From contig NC_086097.1 of assembly GCF_963921235.1 (NCBI RefSeq), positions 124,436,001 to 124,500,000 on the forward strand: 64,000 bases of DNA, read 5' to 3'. This DNA is from Mobula hypostoma. Its lineage: Eukaryota. Of the stretch, positions 24,775 to 35,520 are shown piece after piece (the first letter of the stretch is position 1; every line of letters starts with the position of its first letter). The translations under genes and the position numbers were made by a program. The notes beneath the pieces were generated by a model that searched no databases, was not told the DNA's origin, and saw nothing but the letters and a program-made list of their open reading frames with translations.

Positions 24775-26355
24775 ATTACTTCAAATTTAATTTGGCTTTT
24801 TTTTGACACTGATCAACAGAAAAAGACTCTGCCGTGTCGAAGTGCAAAACCGATCTCTATAAAGTCATAGTCATAGTCATACTTTATTGATTCTGGGGGA
24901 AACTGGTTTTCATTACAGTTGCACCATAAATAATAAACAGTAATAAAACCATAAATAGTTAAATAGTAATATGTAAATTATGCCAGGAAATAAGTCCAGG
25001 ACCAGCCTATTGGCTCAGGGTGTCTGACCCTCCAAGGGAGGAGTTGTAAAGTTTGATGGCCACAGGCAGGAATGACTTCCTATGACGCTCTGTGTTGCAT
25101 CTCGGTGGAATGAGTCTCTGGCTGAATGTACTCCTGTGCCCAACCAGTACATTATGTAGTGGATGGGAGATATTATCCAAGATGGCATGCAACTTGGACA
25201 GCATCCTCATTTCAGACACCACCGTGAGAGAGTCCAGTTCCATCCCCACAACATCACTGTTTGATGTAAATTAATTACAAATATAAAACACAAAATAATT
25301 GATTGTATAAGTATCCCCCACCAAATCATCACTGGTGCAGCCAATTGGCTTTAGGAGCCACATAATTAATTAAATAGAGATCCCCATGTTTAGTCAAGGT
25401 GCTACAATTGATTATAGCAAAAAGACACCTGTCTCTAGAAGGTCCAACTGCTGGTGAGTCAGTATCCTGGCAAAAACTACACCACAAAGACGAAAGAACA
25501 CTCCAAGCAACGCCGCAAAAATTTATTGAAAAGCAGAAGTCAGGAGATAGATACAAGAAAATTTACCAGTCACTGATTACCCCTGGGAGTGCAGTTAAGT
25601 CAAATCATCAAGAAATGGAAAGAATATGGCACAGCCGTAAATCTGCCCAGAGCAGGCCGTCCTTAAAGACTGAGTGACTGTGCAAGAAGGGGACTAGTGA
25701 GGGAGGCCACCAAGAGACCTATGCCAACTCTGCAGGAGTTACAATTTCAGTGGCTGAGACGGAGAGACTGTGCACACAACTGTTGCCTGGGTGATTCACC
25801 AGTCACAGCTTTATGGGAGAGTGGCAAAGAGAAACCCACTGTAGAAAAAAAACTCGCATGAAATCTGGCTAGAGTTTGCCAGAAGACATGTGGGAGATTC
25901 TGAAGTAAGCTGGAAGAAGCTTCTATAGTCTGGTGAAACGAAAGTTGAGCTTTTTGCCCATCAGACTAAACACTACGCTTGGCATAAACCAAACACTGCA
26001 CATCATCAAAAACACACCATCCCTACCATGAAGCATAGAGGTAGCTACATCATGCTGTGAGGATGTTTCACTGCAGCAGGCCCTGGAAGGCTTGTGAAGG
26101 TAGAGGGTAAAATGAATGCAGCAAAATACAGGGAAATCCTGGAGGAAATCCTGATGCAGTCTGCAAGAGAACTGCAACTTGGGAGAAGATTTGTTTTCCA
26201 GCAAGAAAATGACCCCAAGCAAAAAGCCAAAGCTACACAGGAATGGCTTAAAAACAACAAAGTTAATGTCCTGGAGTGGCCTAGTCAGAGTGCAGACCTC
26301 AATCCAATTGAGAATTTGCGGCTGGATATGAAAAAGGCGTTTCACTCACAATCTT
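24775..26355 (+). mobile_element. Tc1-family transposon, near full-length decayed transposase
   Basis: N-terminal HTH-like TKEHSKQ..KSGDRYKKI; SGETKVELF, FVFQQENDPK and VLEWPSQSADLNPIENL; multiple stops. Confidence 0.9.
24864..25260 (-). mobile_element. Rex1/Babar-like LINE 3' end with (TATGAC)n tail, inserted in the Tc1
   Basis: ORF 25007..25249 ..HPLHNVL..RCNTERHRKSFLPVAIKLYN; tail gtcatagtcatagtcata. Confidence 0.85.
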
Positions 26356-26519
26356 CGAGATACAAACAAAATGGTTGCCTCAGTCTGCTCCCAGAGGGAC
26401 TCTGGAGCTGACTGCTTGTAAACTTAATGCCTTATCGTGTGGCACAAACAGCAAAAAGATGCCAAGCAATATCGATAAATGGCAGGCTTTCTAACCAAGG
26501 TGGAAGAGGGTGTCATAAA

Positions 26520-26827
26520 TACAAGGGATTCTGCAGAAGCTGGAAATTCAGAACACATATTGGAGGAACTCAGCAGGTCAGAGAGCATCAATGGAGAGTA
26601 ATAAACAGTTGACATTTTGGGTGGAGACCATTCATCAGGACTGGAAAGGAAAGAGGAAGAAGCCAGAATAAGAAAGTGGGGGAGAAGGGAGGAGTACAAA
26701 TCCGCCTTCTTGTTCTGGCTTCCACTCTCTTCCTCTCCAGTCCCAATGAAGTGTCTTGGCTCGAAACATCAACTGTTTATTCCCCTCCAGAGATGCAGCC
26801 TGACCTGCAGAATCCAGCTTTTTGTGC
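26520..26827. repeat. Penelope-type inverted pair with two decayed hammerhead motifs
   Basis: Minus CAGTC-CTGATGA-ATGGTCTCCACCC-AAAA-TGTC-AACTG; plus CAGTC-CCAATGA-AGTGTCTTGGCTC-GAAA-CATC-AACTG. Confidence 0.72.
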
Positions 26828-27157
26828 ATTTAATGACTACTTTGTTCACTTTGCACTAAAATTGACCTTCCTGTTCTAAAAGAGCTCTTTTTTTTGTAGA
26901 ACTCCTGTGTTATTTATCTTTACAGATTTCCTGTGGATGGTGCCTATCTAATGCTCTATGCCTATGATGTTGCTGCAAATTACATTTTTCATTGCACCTG
27001 TTCATACAGGTACATGCGCAGATAACAATAAACTTGACCTTGACTATGTTCCCTTATCTATGTTTTTACACCCACTCACTCACTGACCTTGTTCACTACC
27101 GATCTCCAGTTCTACCCCATCATAGATACCGCCCCCTCACTCACATTCCCTGAAGCA

Positions 27158-27468
27158 CAGAACGAGGGGCCACAGTTTGAGGATAGAGGGGAAGCCTTTT
27201 AGGACCGAGATTAGGAAAAACTTCTTCACACAGATAGAGTGGTGAATCTGTGGAATTCTCTGTCACAGGAAACAGTTGAGGCCAGTTCATTGGCTATATT
27301 TAAGAGGGAGTTAGATATGGCCCTTGTGGCTAAAGGGATCGGGGGTATGGAGGGAAGGCTGGTACAGGGTTCTGAGTTGGATGGTCAGCCATGATCATAA
27401 TAAATGGTGGTGCAGGCTCGAAGGGCCGAATGGCCTACTCCTGCACCTATTTTCTATGTTTCTATGTT
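27158..27468 (+). mobile_element. CR1-type LINE young 3' end with (TTTCTATG)n tail
   Basis: Roughly 94% identical (manual count) to the reverse complement of 1812-2120. Confidence 0.92.
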
Positions 27469-28279
27469 TACAAGAAGATTCAGGTCTCTCCTTCCCAAAA
27501 GGGTCTTTGACCTGAAACGTTTACTCTGTTTCTCAGCCTGACCTGCCCAAGTATTTCCAGCATTTTCTGTTTTTTATTTGAGCCACACCAAAGATCGATT
27601 TATTTGCTGGGAATGCAGATAAACTAGGCTTTCATCGATACCTTCAGACTGCACTTAAAAGTGCAGCACCTCTTGGTTCTGTGGGTAAGGTGGGGTTTGG
27701 TGAGCTCAAACTGACAAGGAAAAACCTCGCCAGTCTACAAAGAAAACAAATAACCAACATTCAAGTTAACTCAAAAACTAACTGCAAAAACCTATGTAGA
27801 TAACTTCATTCTGACCACATTTTTCCGCAAACCAGGATAAGCAACCCAGCTCAGTAGAACAGTGCACCTGAATTGAAACGTACTTGGTTTTCTTTTCTTG
27901 AAAATGTAAAAACTACTGTTCTGCTATAGAAATCAAGATCAATATTTCTAAATCCTCTTTTTCAGTTCTCCATTTTACTTCCTTAATAACCAATGGCATT
28001 GCTTCTCTTTTTTAGTTTAGGCTTATAGTTCCAGTTTGCGCTGTTACTAAATTACTGAGCAGTAATTTACAATAACCAATTGATAAGAAAATACTCGTTG
28101 CTAGACTTTAATTGTAACTCACATGCTATATGTCATACCTTAATATGTTATGGTAATGCAGTACTGTGTTAACTTAACAAAAGCTCTCTTTAAATTTCAA
28201 AATAGATTTCCCACAGATTATTTTTTAAATCAAGGATTAACTTTATTCCTGGGTGGAAGGACAAAGATACATTTCTACC

Positions 28280-28575
28280 AAAGGAGGCTCCTTCCCTCCA
28301 CTAGCCTGCAGGTCACCCTTGGGCAAGGTGTAGCACCTGCCTAGCACTCCAATCAGGGTCACATGAAGTCTTGGGAACTGATAGTGGATGGTCGTATGAG
28401 CAGCTGGTGCATATCACAAGTCCTGGTTATGTGACCACTGATGCCAGGCAGATAATCCCTGAAGAGTATTGATAATGGCTGGGGTCACCTGTCTTGTGAA
28501 GTTACTGCCCAGAAGAAGGCAATGGCAAAGAGATTCTGTAGAAAAACTCCCGAGAACAGACCTGGTCTTGGAAAC
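28280..28575 (+). mobile_element. RTE-related short element
   Basis: gaagaaggcaatggcaaa...gtagaaaaa resembles the RTE/BovB-associated motif (recalled). Confidence 0.5.
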
Positions 28576-28579
28576 AAGT

Positions 28580-28747
28580 TCCCCTTCTTGTTCTAGCTTC
28601 TACCCCCTTCCTTTCCAGTCCTGATAAAGGGTCTTGACTCGAAACGTTGACTGTTTATTCCCCTCCATAGATGCTGCCTGACCTGCTGAGTTCCTCCAGT
28701 ATTTTGCATGTGTTTCTCTGGATGTCCAGCATCTGCAGAATCTCTTG
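28580..28747 (+). repeat. Penelope-type terminal repeat, hammerhead with core mutation
   Basis: CAGTC-CTGATAA-AGGGTCTTGACTC-GAAA-CGTT-GACTG at 28616-28653, followed by gatgctgcctgacctgctgagttcctccag. Confidence 0.78.
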
Positions 28748-29310
28748 AACTTTTGAGAGGTTAGATGGACTAGGTGTGTTTCCTTTGGAGCAGACGAGGT
28801 TGAGGGGAACCTGATAGATGTCTTCAAATAGTAAAAAAAAACCTTCTCTCCTATAAGGCTATATGATATAGGAATAGAATTTGACCATTCAGCCCATCAA
28901 GTCTGCTCTGCCATTCCACCGTGGCCAATTTATTATACAGTATCTCTCAACCTCTTCCTCCCTGTAAACTGTGACACCCACACTAATCAAGAATGACTTC
29001 AAATATAGCCAGAAGTGACTAGGAGGGATGTAGCTGCCACTATATTTATATCTGTCCTCTCGATAAAACTGCAGCCCAGCCTCCCCTTCACTCCATCATT
29101 ACTATCAATTCATGGTGTCAACCTTGGTTCAATGAGGAGTGCAGAAGGGAATGCTGGGAACAGAATTAAACATTCATAAAAATAAGATGCCACACTAATG
29201 AAGCTGCAACACATGATGTCCTGTGTGCTAAACGGAAAGAACAACCTGCCCTCCCACAATTACACACCTAGTACAGTGTCACTGACACAGAGGCAGAGTC
29301 ATACAACCTT

Positions 29311-29488
29311 GAGTAACACACACAAAATGCTGGAGCAACTCAGCAGGTCAGGCAGCATCTATGGAGAACAATAAACAGTCGACGTTTCAGGCCGAGACTC
29401 ATCAGCTCTGTTTATTCCTCTTCATACAAAATGCCCGACCTGCTGAGTCTCTTTGACATTTTGTGTGTGTTACTCTGCAGAATCTTGT
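29311..29488. repeat. Penelope-type fold-back unit
   Basis: Inverted arms; minus-strand CTGATGA-GTCTCGGCCT-GAAA-CGTC-GACTG at 29376-29410 with shortened stem II. Confidence 0.75.
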
Positions 29489-30749
29489 GTTCATACAACA
29501 TAGAATCAGTTCCGTCAGCCCACTATGTCCAAGCTGACCATCGTGCACTCACATCAATTACTTACTGAAACGACACTATTTACCAGAACTTGGTCCATGG
29601 CCTTCGTGCAGTATCCTCAAACCTACTCTAAACCTTTGACCCCCTCATCCCCCCCCCCAGATCACTCACCCTAAACATATACCCTCTAGCTTTATATATT
29701 TCTGCTACAGGAGAGACTCTCCTTGGTGTGAAGGCAGTACATGGTCATGTACACATACTTGATAATAATATTTACTTTCACTTTGACTCAGAGGGCTTGG
29801 TATCGGACACTGATTAAGAGTGTGATGAGAAGGAACTTTTTCTCTCAGAGGATATGAATCTTGGGCATTCCTTTCTACAGAAAGCTTGTGCATAGTTAAG
29901 GAAATGGAGAATTACAGGGAAAGTGCAAAGATAGCATCACGGTTGTTCCTGTCAATGCTATCGACAACAGACACGTTGATCTGAACAACATGTTATTGAT
30001 GTTGCTTCGCTCTCTGACAGTAACCTTCTTCCTTGGTCACATTTGGGTACATTTCAAGCAGAGTTTGATAGGTTACGGGGAGAAAGCAAGAGAATGGAGC
30101 TGAGAGTGGTGGAGCAGACTCGATGGGCCGATTGGCCGAATTCTGCTCTTGTGTCTTATGGACTTCGAGAAGTTTTGTTTTCACTAGGTCACTTGTTTTA
30201 TTTTATTTATCGACTGAGATACAGTGTGGAACAGGTCCTTCAAGACGTGCTGCCCAACAATCCCTGATTTAACCTTAGCCTAATCATGGGGCAATTTACA
30301 ATGACCAATTAACCTGGTAACCGGTGCACCTTTGGACTGTGGGAAGAAATCGGAGCACCCGGAGAAAACCCATAGGGAGAAGATACAAACTCTTTACCCA
30401 GGTCACTGGTACTGTAAACACACCAATACAGAAAGATACACACACACATACAGTTTATATATCGACCTCAATCAGACTGCCCCTCAGCCTCCTCCGCTTC
30501 AAGGAAAACAAACTCAACTCATCTAATCTCTTTTCATGATGGAAACCTCCCCCTCTCCACCCCAGTGGATCTTCTCTCCACCTTCTCCATTGCATTCACG
30601 TCCTTTCTATGGAATAGCAACCAATAACCGCATACAGGGCTTGCCATTGTTTTAAAACAGTACCAGAACATCCCTGCTCTTATATTTTATGCCTTGTCTA
30701 ATGAAGGCAAACACCCAAGATTGTTTAATGTCATTTCCAGTACACAAGT

Positions 30750-30900
30750 GTAACGCACGCAAAGTGCTGGAGGAACTCAGCAGGTCAGGCAGCATCTATG
30801 GAGAGGAGTAGATTGTCTGTAGATGCTGCCTGACCTGCTGAGTTCCTCCAGTATTCTGTGTGTGTGTTACTCTGGATTTCCAGCATCTGAAGAAGCTCTT
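30750..30900. repeat. Penelope-type fold-back unit with perfect 32-bp arms, hammerheads deleted
   Basis: 30767-30798 is the exact reverse complement of 30820-30851; 21-nt spacer. Confidence 0.9.
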
Positions 30901-31059
30901 CTGTTTACGATTCTTCCCTCCTTACCTACCTGTGCTGCCATCCTCAGGGTCCTTGGAGTTGAACACCAATTTCCATCGGTCCCTCGTGGCAGACTGTTCA
31001 TTGCGTTTGCCCTACCATTATTAGTTCTCTCAAAGTGCATCACATTGCTGATCAGTATC

Positions 31060-31525
31060 GTGGTGAGGCTCATGGTCATAGGTTTACGCATGAGGATATT
31101 CCCGAGCTCAGCAAGTGATGGTTTCTCTTCTTCACGCCACCCACCTTCCCCACCCACACTCCCCCCCCCACTGCAGTTTAGCCAGTGATCAGAGCTCTTG
31201 ACACAGGTGGTGTATTTTGGCCAACCTACAGTACATCATGTAGGGCACATTGCTGGCTTTCTTCTCCACTAGGCCGGATCTCTCAGAAGCAAAGCTGAAA
31301 ATGATAGTTGTCATGGTTTGGAGTCGTCTGTTGACATCTCCTTTGGTTACTGCCTCAGTGATAGGGACAACGTCCTCCTCAAACTGCAGCCACTCCCTCC
31401 AAAGGTCTGCTGGAGGCCATTTAACCTGCTGGTGATCTGCTACACTGCCTAGAGCAGGACTTTCTGGTGCTTGGAGGTTCTGTGGGGTGACTCAGGGTTG
31501 GGCTCCTCCTGTGTCTCACCATGAA
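31060..31525 (-). mobile_element. HERO-like non-LTR element, pre-RT region
   Basis: Minus-strand peptide VKWPPADLWREWLQFEEDV..KGDVNRRLQTMTTIIFSFASER and EEKPSLAELGNILMRK. Confidence 0.65.
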
Positions 31526-31559
31526 TAAACCCTGTGCCCTGTGTTGTTCTCTCCTGCTC

Positions 31560-31868
31560 CAGGCTTTCCACATTCCTCCAGCTACTTTGGCAATTCCTTA
31601 GGGTTATCAGGCAGAGGGGAAATATCGTGGGCCAGTGGAGGAGTGCAGAGGGAATTGAGATCTCAAAGAGGAGAACTCCAGCGACATTGAGCAGTTTAGA
31701 TCCGTGTGTGGATCGGAACAGATTAGCTGCTCAGTGTGGAAAAGAAGATATTTTTCAGTATCATTTCTCATTGCCTGACTGAGTTTCTCCTCAAAAATGG
31801 CTACATTGATACATCTGTACAGAAAGGAGGGATTCCCAGAGTGCCCAGGTGCCTGGAACACATGGATG
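31560..31868 (+). mobile_element. HERO-like non-LTR element, RT N-terminal region
   Basis: LWQFLRVIRQRGNIVGQWRSAEG..EQFR and SVEKKIFFSII..KNGYIDTSVQKGGIPRVPRCLEH. Confidence 0.72.
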
Positions 31869-32109
31869 AGATTTCCCAGTGAAAATCCCAGGAGATCAGC
31901 AGTTTCTGAGATACTCAAACAACAATCATTCCACAGACAAAGTCACTGAGATCACATTTCTTCCCCATTCTGATGTTTGATCTGAACAACAGCTGAACCT
32001 CTAGACCATTTCTGCATTAATTTATTCATTGATTGGCTGATTAGATATTTGAATTAATGAGCAGCTGTATAGATGTATCTAGTAGCATGGCCACTGACTG
32101 TAAATTAGC

Positions 32110-33195
32110 ACTAATAGCGTGGAAGATGAATTTATCAGGTGTATGATCAGCATGTTGAGGAAGCAACAAGAGAATAGACAAATATAGATCTAGTCTTGTG
32201 CAATGAGAAGGAACTAATTATTAATCTGAGAGTTAAATAGCCTTTAGGGAATAATGACTGTAATATGATAGTATTCTATGCAAATACTGAAAACGATCTT
32301 TAAAGAGATTAAGTTTAGCTTTACTTGTCACATGTACATCAAAACATACAGCGAAATGTGTCATTTGCATCAAAACAAATCAGTGAGGATTGTGTTGGGC
32401 AGCCTGCAAGTGTCACCAAGCCTCCGGTCCTAATACAGCATGCCCACAACTTACTAACCCTAACCTCCTTGGAATGTAGTAGGAAACCAGAGCACCCGGA
32501 GGAAGCACGTGCCGTCATGGGGAGAGCATCCAAGCCCCTTACAGAGAGCGGCAAGAATGGGACCCCAATCGTGGATGTTGTAAAGCGACGCACTAACTGC
32601 TTCACTGACTCACTGGTTAAAAAAAATACAGAAGCATAAGGCGTAGTTTACTATGGAAGATTGGGAAACTAAATTAAAACCTACGATAGTAACTGAGTAA
32701 CTGGCTAACATTATAAAATCATTCTAGCTTATTCAAATATATACTCACTGACGGCAGAAATACCCAGAAAGTTAAGGTGGCCCAGCCATGGCTAAGAGAA
32801 GTTGAAGATAATATAATTTCAAAGGAAAATATTTATAATGTTATAAAGATTAATAAGCATATGTACTGGGAACATTTCGGAATGCCATGGGTTTTATTTC
32901 CCCTCTCAACGTAGTGGTCACAGCGTTAGAATAGAAGGTCATCCCTTTAGAAGAGAGATGAGGAGGAATTTCTTTAGCCATAGGGGGGTGAATCTCTGGA
33001 TTTCATTGCCACAGGTGGCTTTAGAGGCCAAGTGATCGGGTATATTTAAAGCAGAAGTTGATAGGTTCTTGATTAGTTAGGGTGACAAGGTTTACTGGGA
33101 GAAGGCAGGAGAATGGGGTTGAGAGGGCTAATAAATCAGCCATGATGGAATAACAGAGCAGAATCGATGGGTCCAATAGCCTAATTCTGCTCCTA
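32110..33195 (+). mobile_element. CR1-type LINE, old internally deleted copy with a V-SINE inserted at ~32310-32600 (minus)
   Basis: Decayed endonuclease C-terminus (DLVLCNE..LGNND) and typical 3' UTR at ~32905-33195. Confidence 0.7.
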
Positions 33196-34759
33196 CGCTT
33201 TATAGTAACATAAAAAGAATAAAATCCCAGACATTAAATAAAGGAACACTGGCTTGCTACCAAACCCAGCGTGAAGTGAATAGAAACCGATAATAAGTAT
33301 GATTGCCAAGCATCTGTTGTGAAACACAATGTACAGACAATAAGGAAATTCTAGGGTAAAATGCCAAATAATAATGTTTACATCCAAAAAGACACATGTG
33401 TGAAAGGTGCAATCCTTTCTGAGATAAAAGCTAAAAGTGATTCAGGAGCAAGACAAAGCCAGTTTGGAGGAAAATATTTGCTAAATCCATCCAGCGTTGG
33501 TATTTCACTGGAAGAACACAAAGACAGCAACAACATAAGAAGTTCCTGGAAAATAAGGTAGCAATGGATGCACAATTCAATTTGACTTCCCTCCCCCACA
33601 ACTCATGAAGTGGACTGCTCGACTGTCAGACTGCTTTAGAACATATGCCAGCAATAAAATACCAAGCCCAACTAGAACATTCCTCGTTTTGCAAGCAACT
33701 CACAAGCAAATGTGTCAGTGTATGAAGTTCGCCTGTGCATTGGGCTTAAAAAATTCTATTTCAAACATTTCGAACTTAGGTTGAAACTAGTCAGACCACC
33801 ACGAAAAGTCTTCTGTCACCAGCCACACCCCTAACACACAGACACAGCTGAACTTTTGAATAGTAAAAAACAAAGAAAGCTCCCTGTAATCGTCTGCAAA
33901 GATCTTGCTATTCTGGAGTTGCTTAGAATGAGTCATATTGGTACAGACAGGCACAACCTCTCCAATTTTTAATTTAAGACAGGAAGATAGCAAGACCCGA
34001 AAGAAAACACATGTTGTTCAGAAAAAGATCTGATTGGAAAAGGGCCCATATTAGTGATGCTCTAGTTCTGCTGTTTCACAGACAAAGCCATAGAGGTCTA
34101 AATGTCACGTAGAATTATAAAGCACTGCAGTCAGAAACAGGCCTTTCGTCCCATCTAGCCCATGCTGAAATATTGTTCTACCTAGTCCCATCAACCTGCA
34201 CTTGTACCAAAGCTATCCATATACTTATCCAAACTTCTCTTTAAGTATTGCAATCAAACCCACATCCACCATGTCTGCTGGCAGCTCATTCCACACTTTT
34301 ACCACCCTCTGAGTGAAAGTCTCCACCCCCGCATGACCCCCTTAAACATCTCACCTTTCATGCTTAACCCATGACCTCTAGTTCTGATCTCACCCAATCC
34401 CAGTGGAAAAAGATGAAGGGCTTAAACCTATTGCAATATATTTTTATTGTGAATGAGCCACTGTATACAAAGCTAGTTATCAGAATTAACTTTGGACAAA
34501 AGCACTAAAATAACTTTACCCAAACTTTTAAGTCTCCATTCTCCAAACAAAAAAAGATACAAAACAATCACTTCCTGTGCTTCAGATGCCACATTATAAG
34601 ATGATTCACCAGACTGTACTCGGTGTTAAGCTAAATTGGATGTTCACATACATTTTTATTAAAAATTGAAATCATTTTAGTGTCCTACTCAACTCAGAAC
34701 TGATTCCACAACCTAGAGATGCACTTTCAATGACACTACAACTTATGTTCTCAGTATTA

Positions 34760-35150
34760 CCATTAGACCCCAAGACATGAGAGCAGAATTCGGCCATTTA
34801 GCCCAATGAGTCTGCTCTGCCATTCCATCATGGCTGATTCATTATCCCTCTCAACTCCATTCTCCTCTTAACCTTTGACACCCTTTCTAATCAAGAACCT
34901 GTCAACCTCTGCTTTAAATATACCCAGTGACTTGGCCTCCACAGCCATCTGTGGCAATGAATTCCACAGACTCACCACCCTCCGGCTAAAGAAACTCCTC
35001 ATCTCTGTTCTAAATAGATGCTCCTCTATTCTGAGGCTGTACCCTCTGGTCCTAAACTCCACCTGTATAGGAAACATCCTCTCCACATCCACTCTATCTA
35101 GCCTTTCAATATCCGATAGGTTTCATAGAGATTCCCCCCAATTCTATTAA
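34760..35150 (-). mobile_element. CR1-type LINE 3' fragment
   Basis: ORF 34868..35092 RTRGYSLRI..FFSRRVVSLWNSLP. Similar minus-strand 3' fragments at ~34120-34410, 36080-36275, 37225-37960, 40355-40825, 42160-42400, 44095-44345, 51245-51845 and 55405-55800. Confidence 0.88.
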
Positions 35151-35224
35151 TTCTTCTAAAATTTTCACAATTGACTTCTTTTGCACATTGGCTATTTGTC
35201 ACTCTTTGTTTAAGCATTTTAAGG

Positions 35225-35520
35225 CATCAATTAGTCTTGTAAGACCATGGATCTGTGCCTGGAAAGTCTTCACTCTCCAGGGTGCAGGCTGGGCAAGGTT
35301 GTATGGAAGACCAGCAGTTGCCCATGCTGCAAGTCTCCCCTCTCCACAACACCAGTGTTGTCCAAGGGAAGGGCAAGGGCCGATACGGCTTGGCACCAGT
35401 GTCGTTGCAGAGCACTGTGTGGTTAAGTGCCTTGCTCAAGGATACAACACGCTGCCTCAGCTGAGGCTTGAACTCACGACCTTCAGGTCGCTAGTCGAAT
35501 GCCTTAACCACTTGGCCATG
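35225..35520 (-). mobile_element. tRNA-derived SINE with CORE-like domain
   Basis: A box TGGCCAAGTGG, B box GTTCAAGCC, then TCCTTGAGCAAGGCACTTAACC. Confidence 0.82.

Noticed and set aside
35440..35520. tRNA gene (also 58670-58745)
   Set aside because: A/B boxes belong to SINE heads; no complete cloverleaf, and they run into CORE-like domains.
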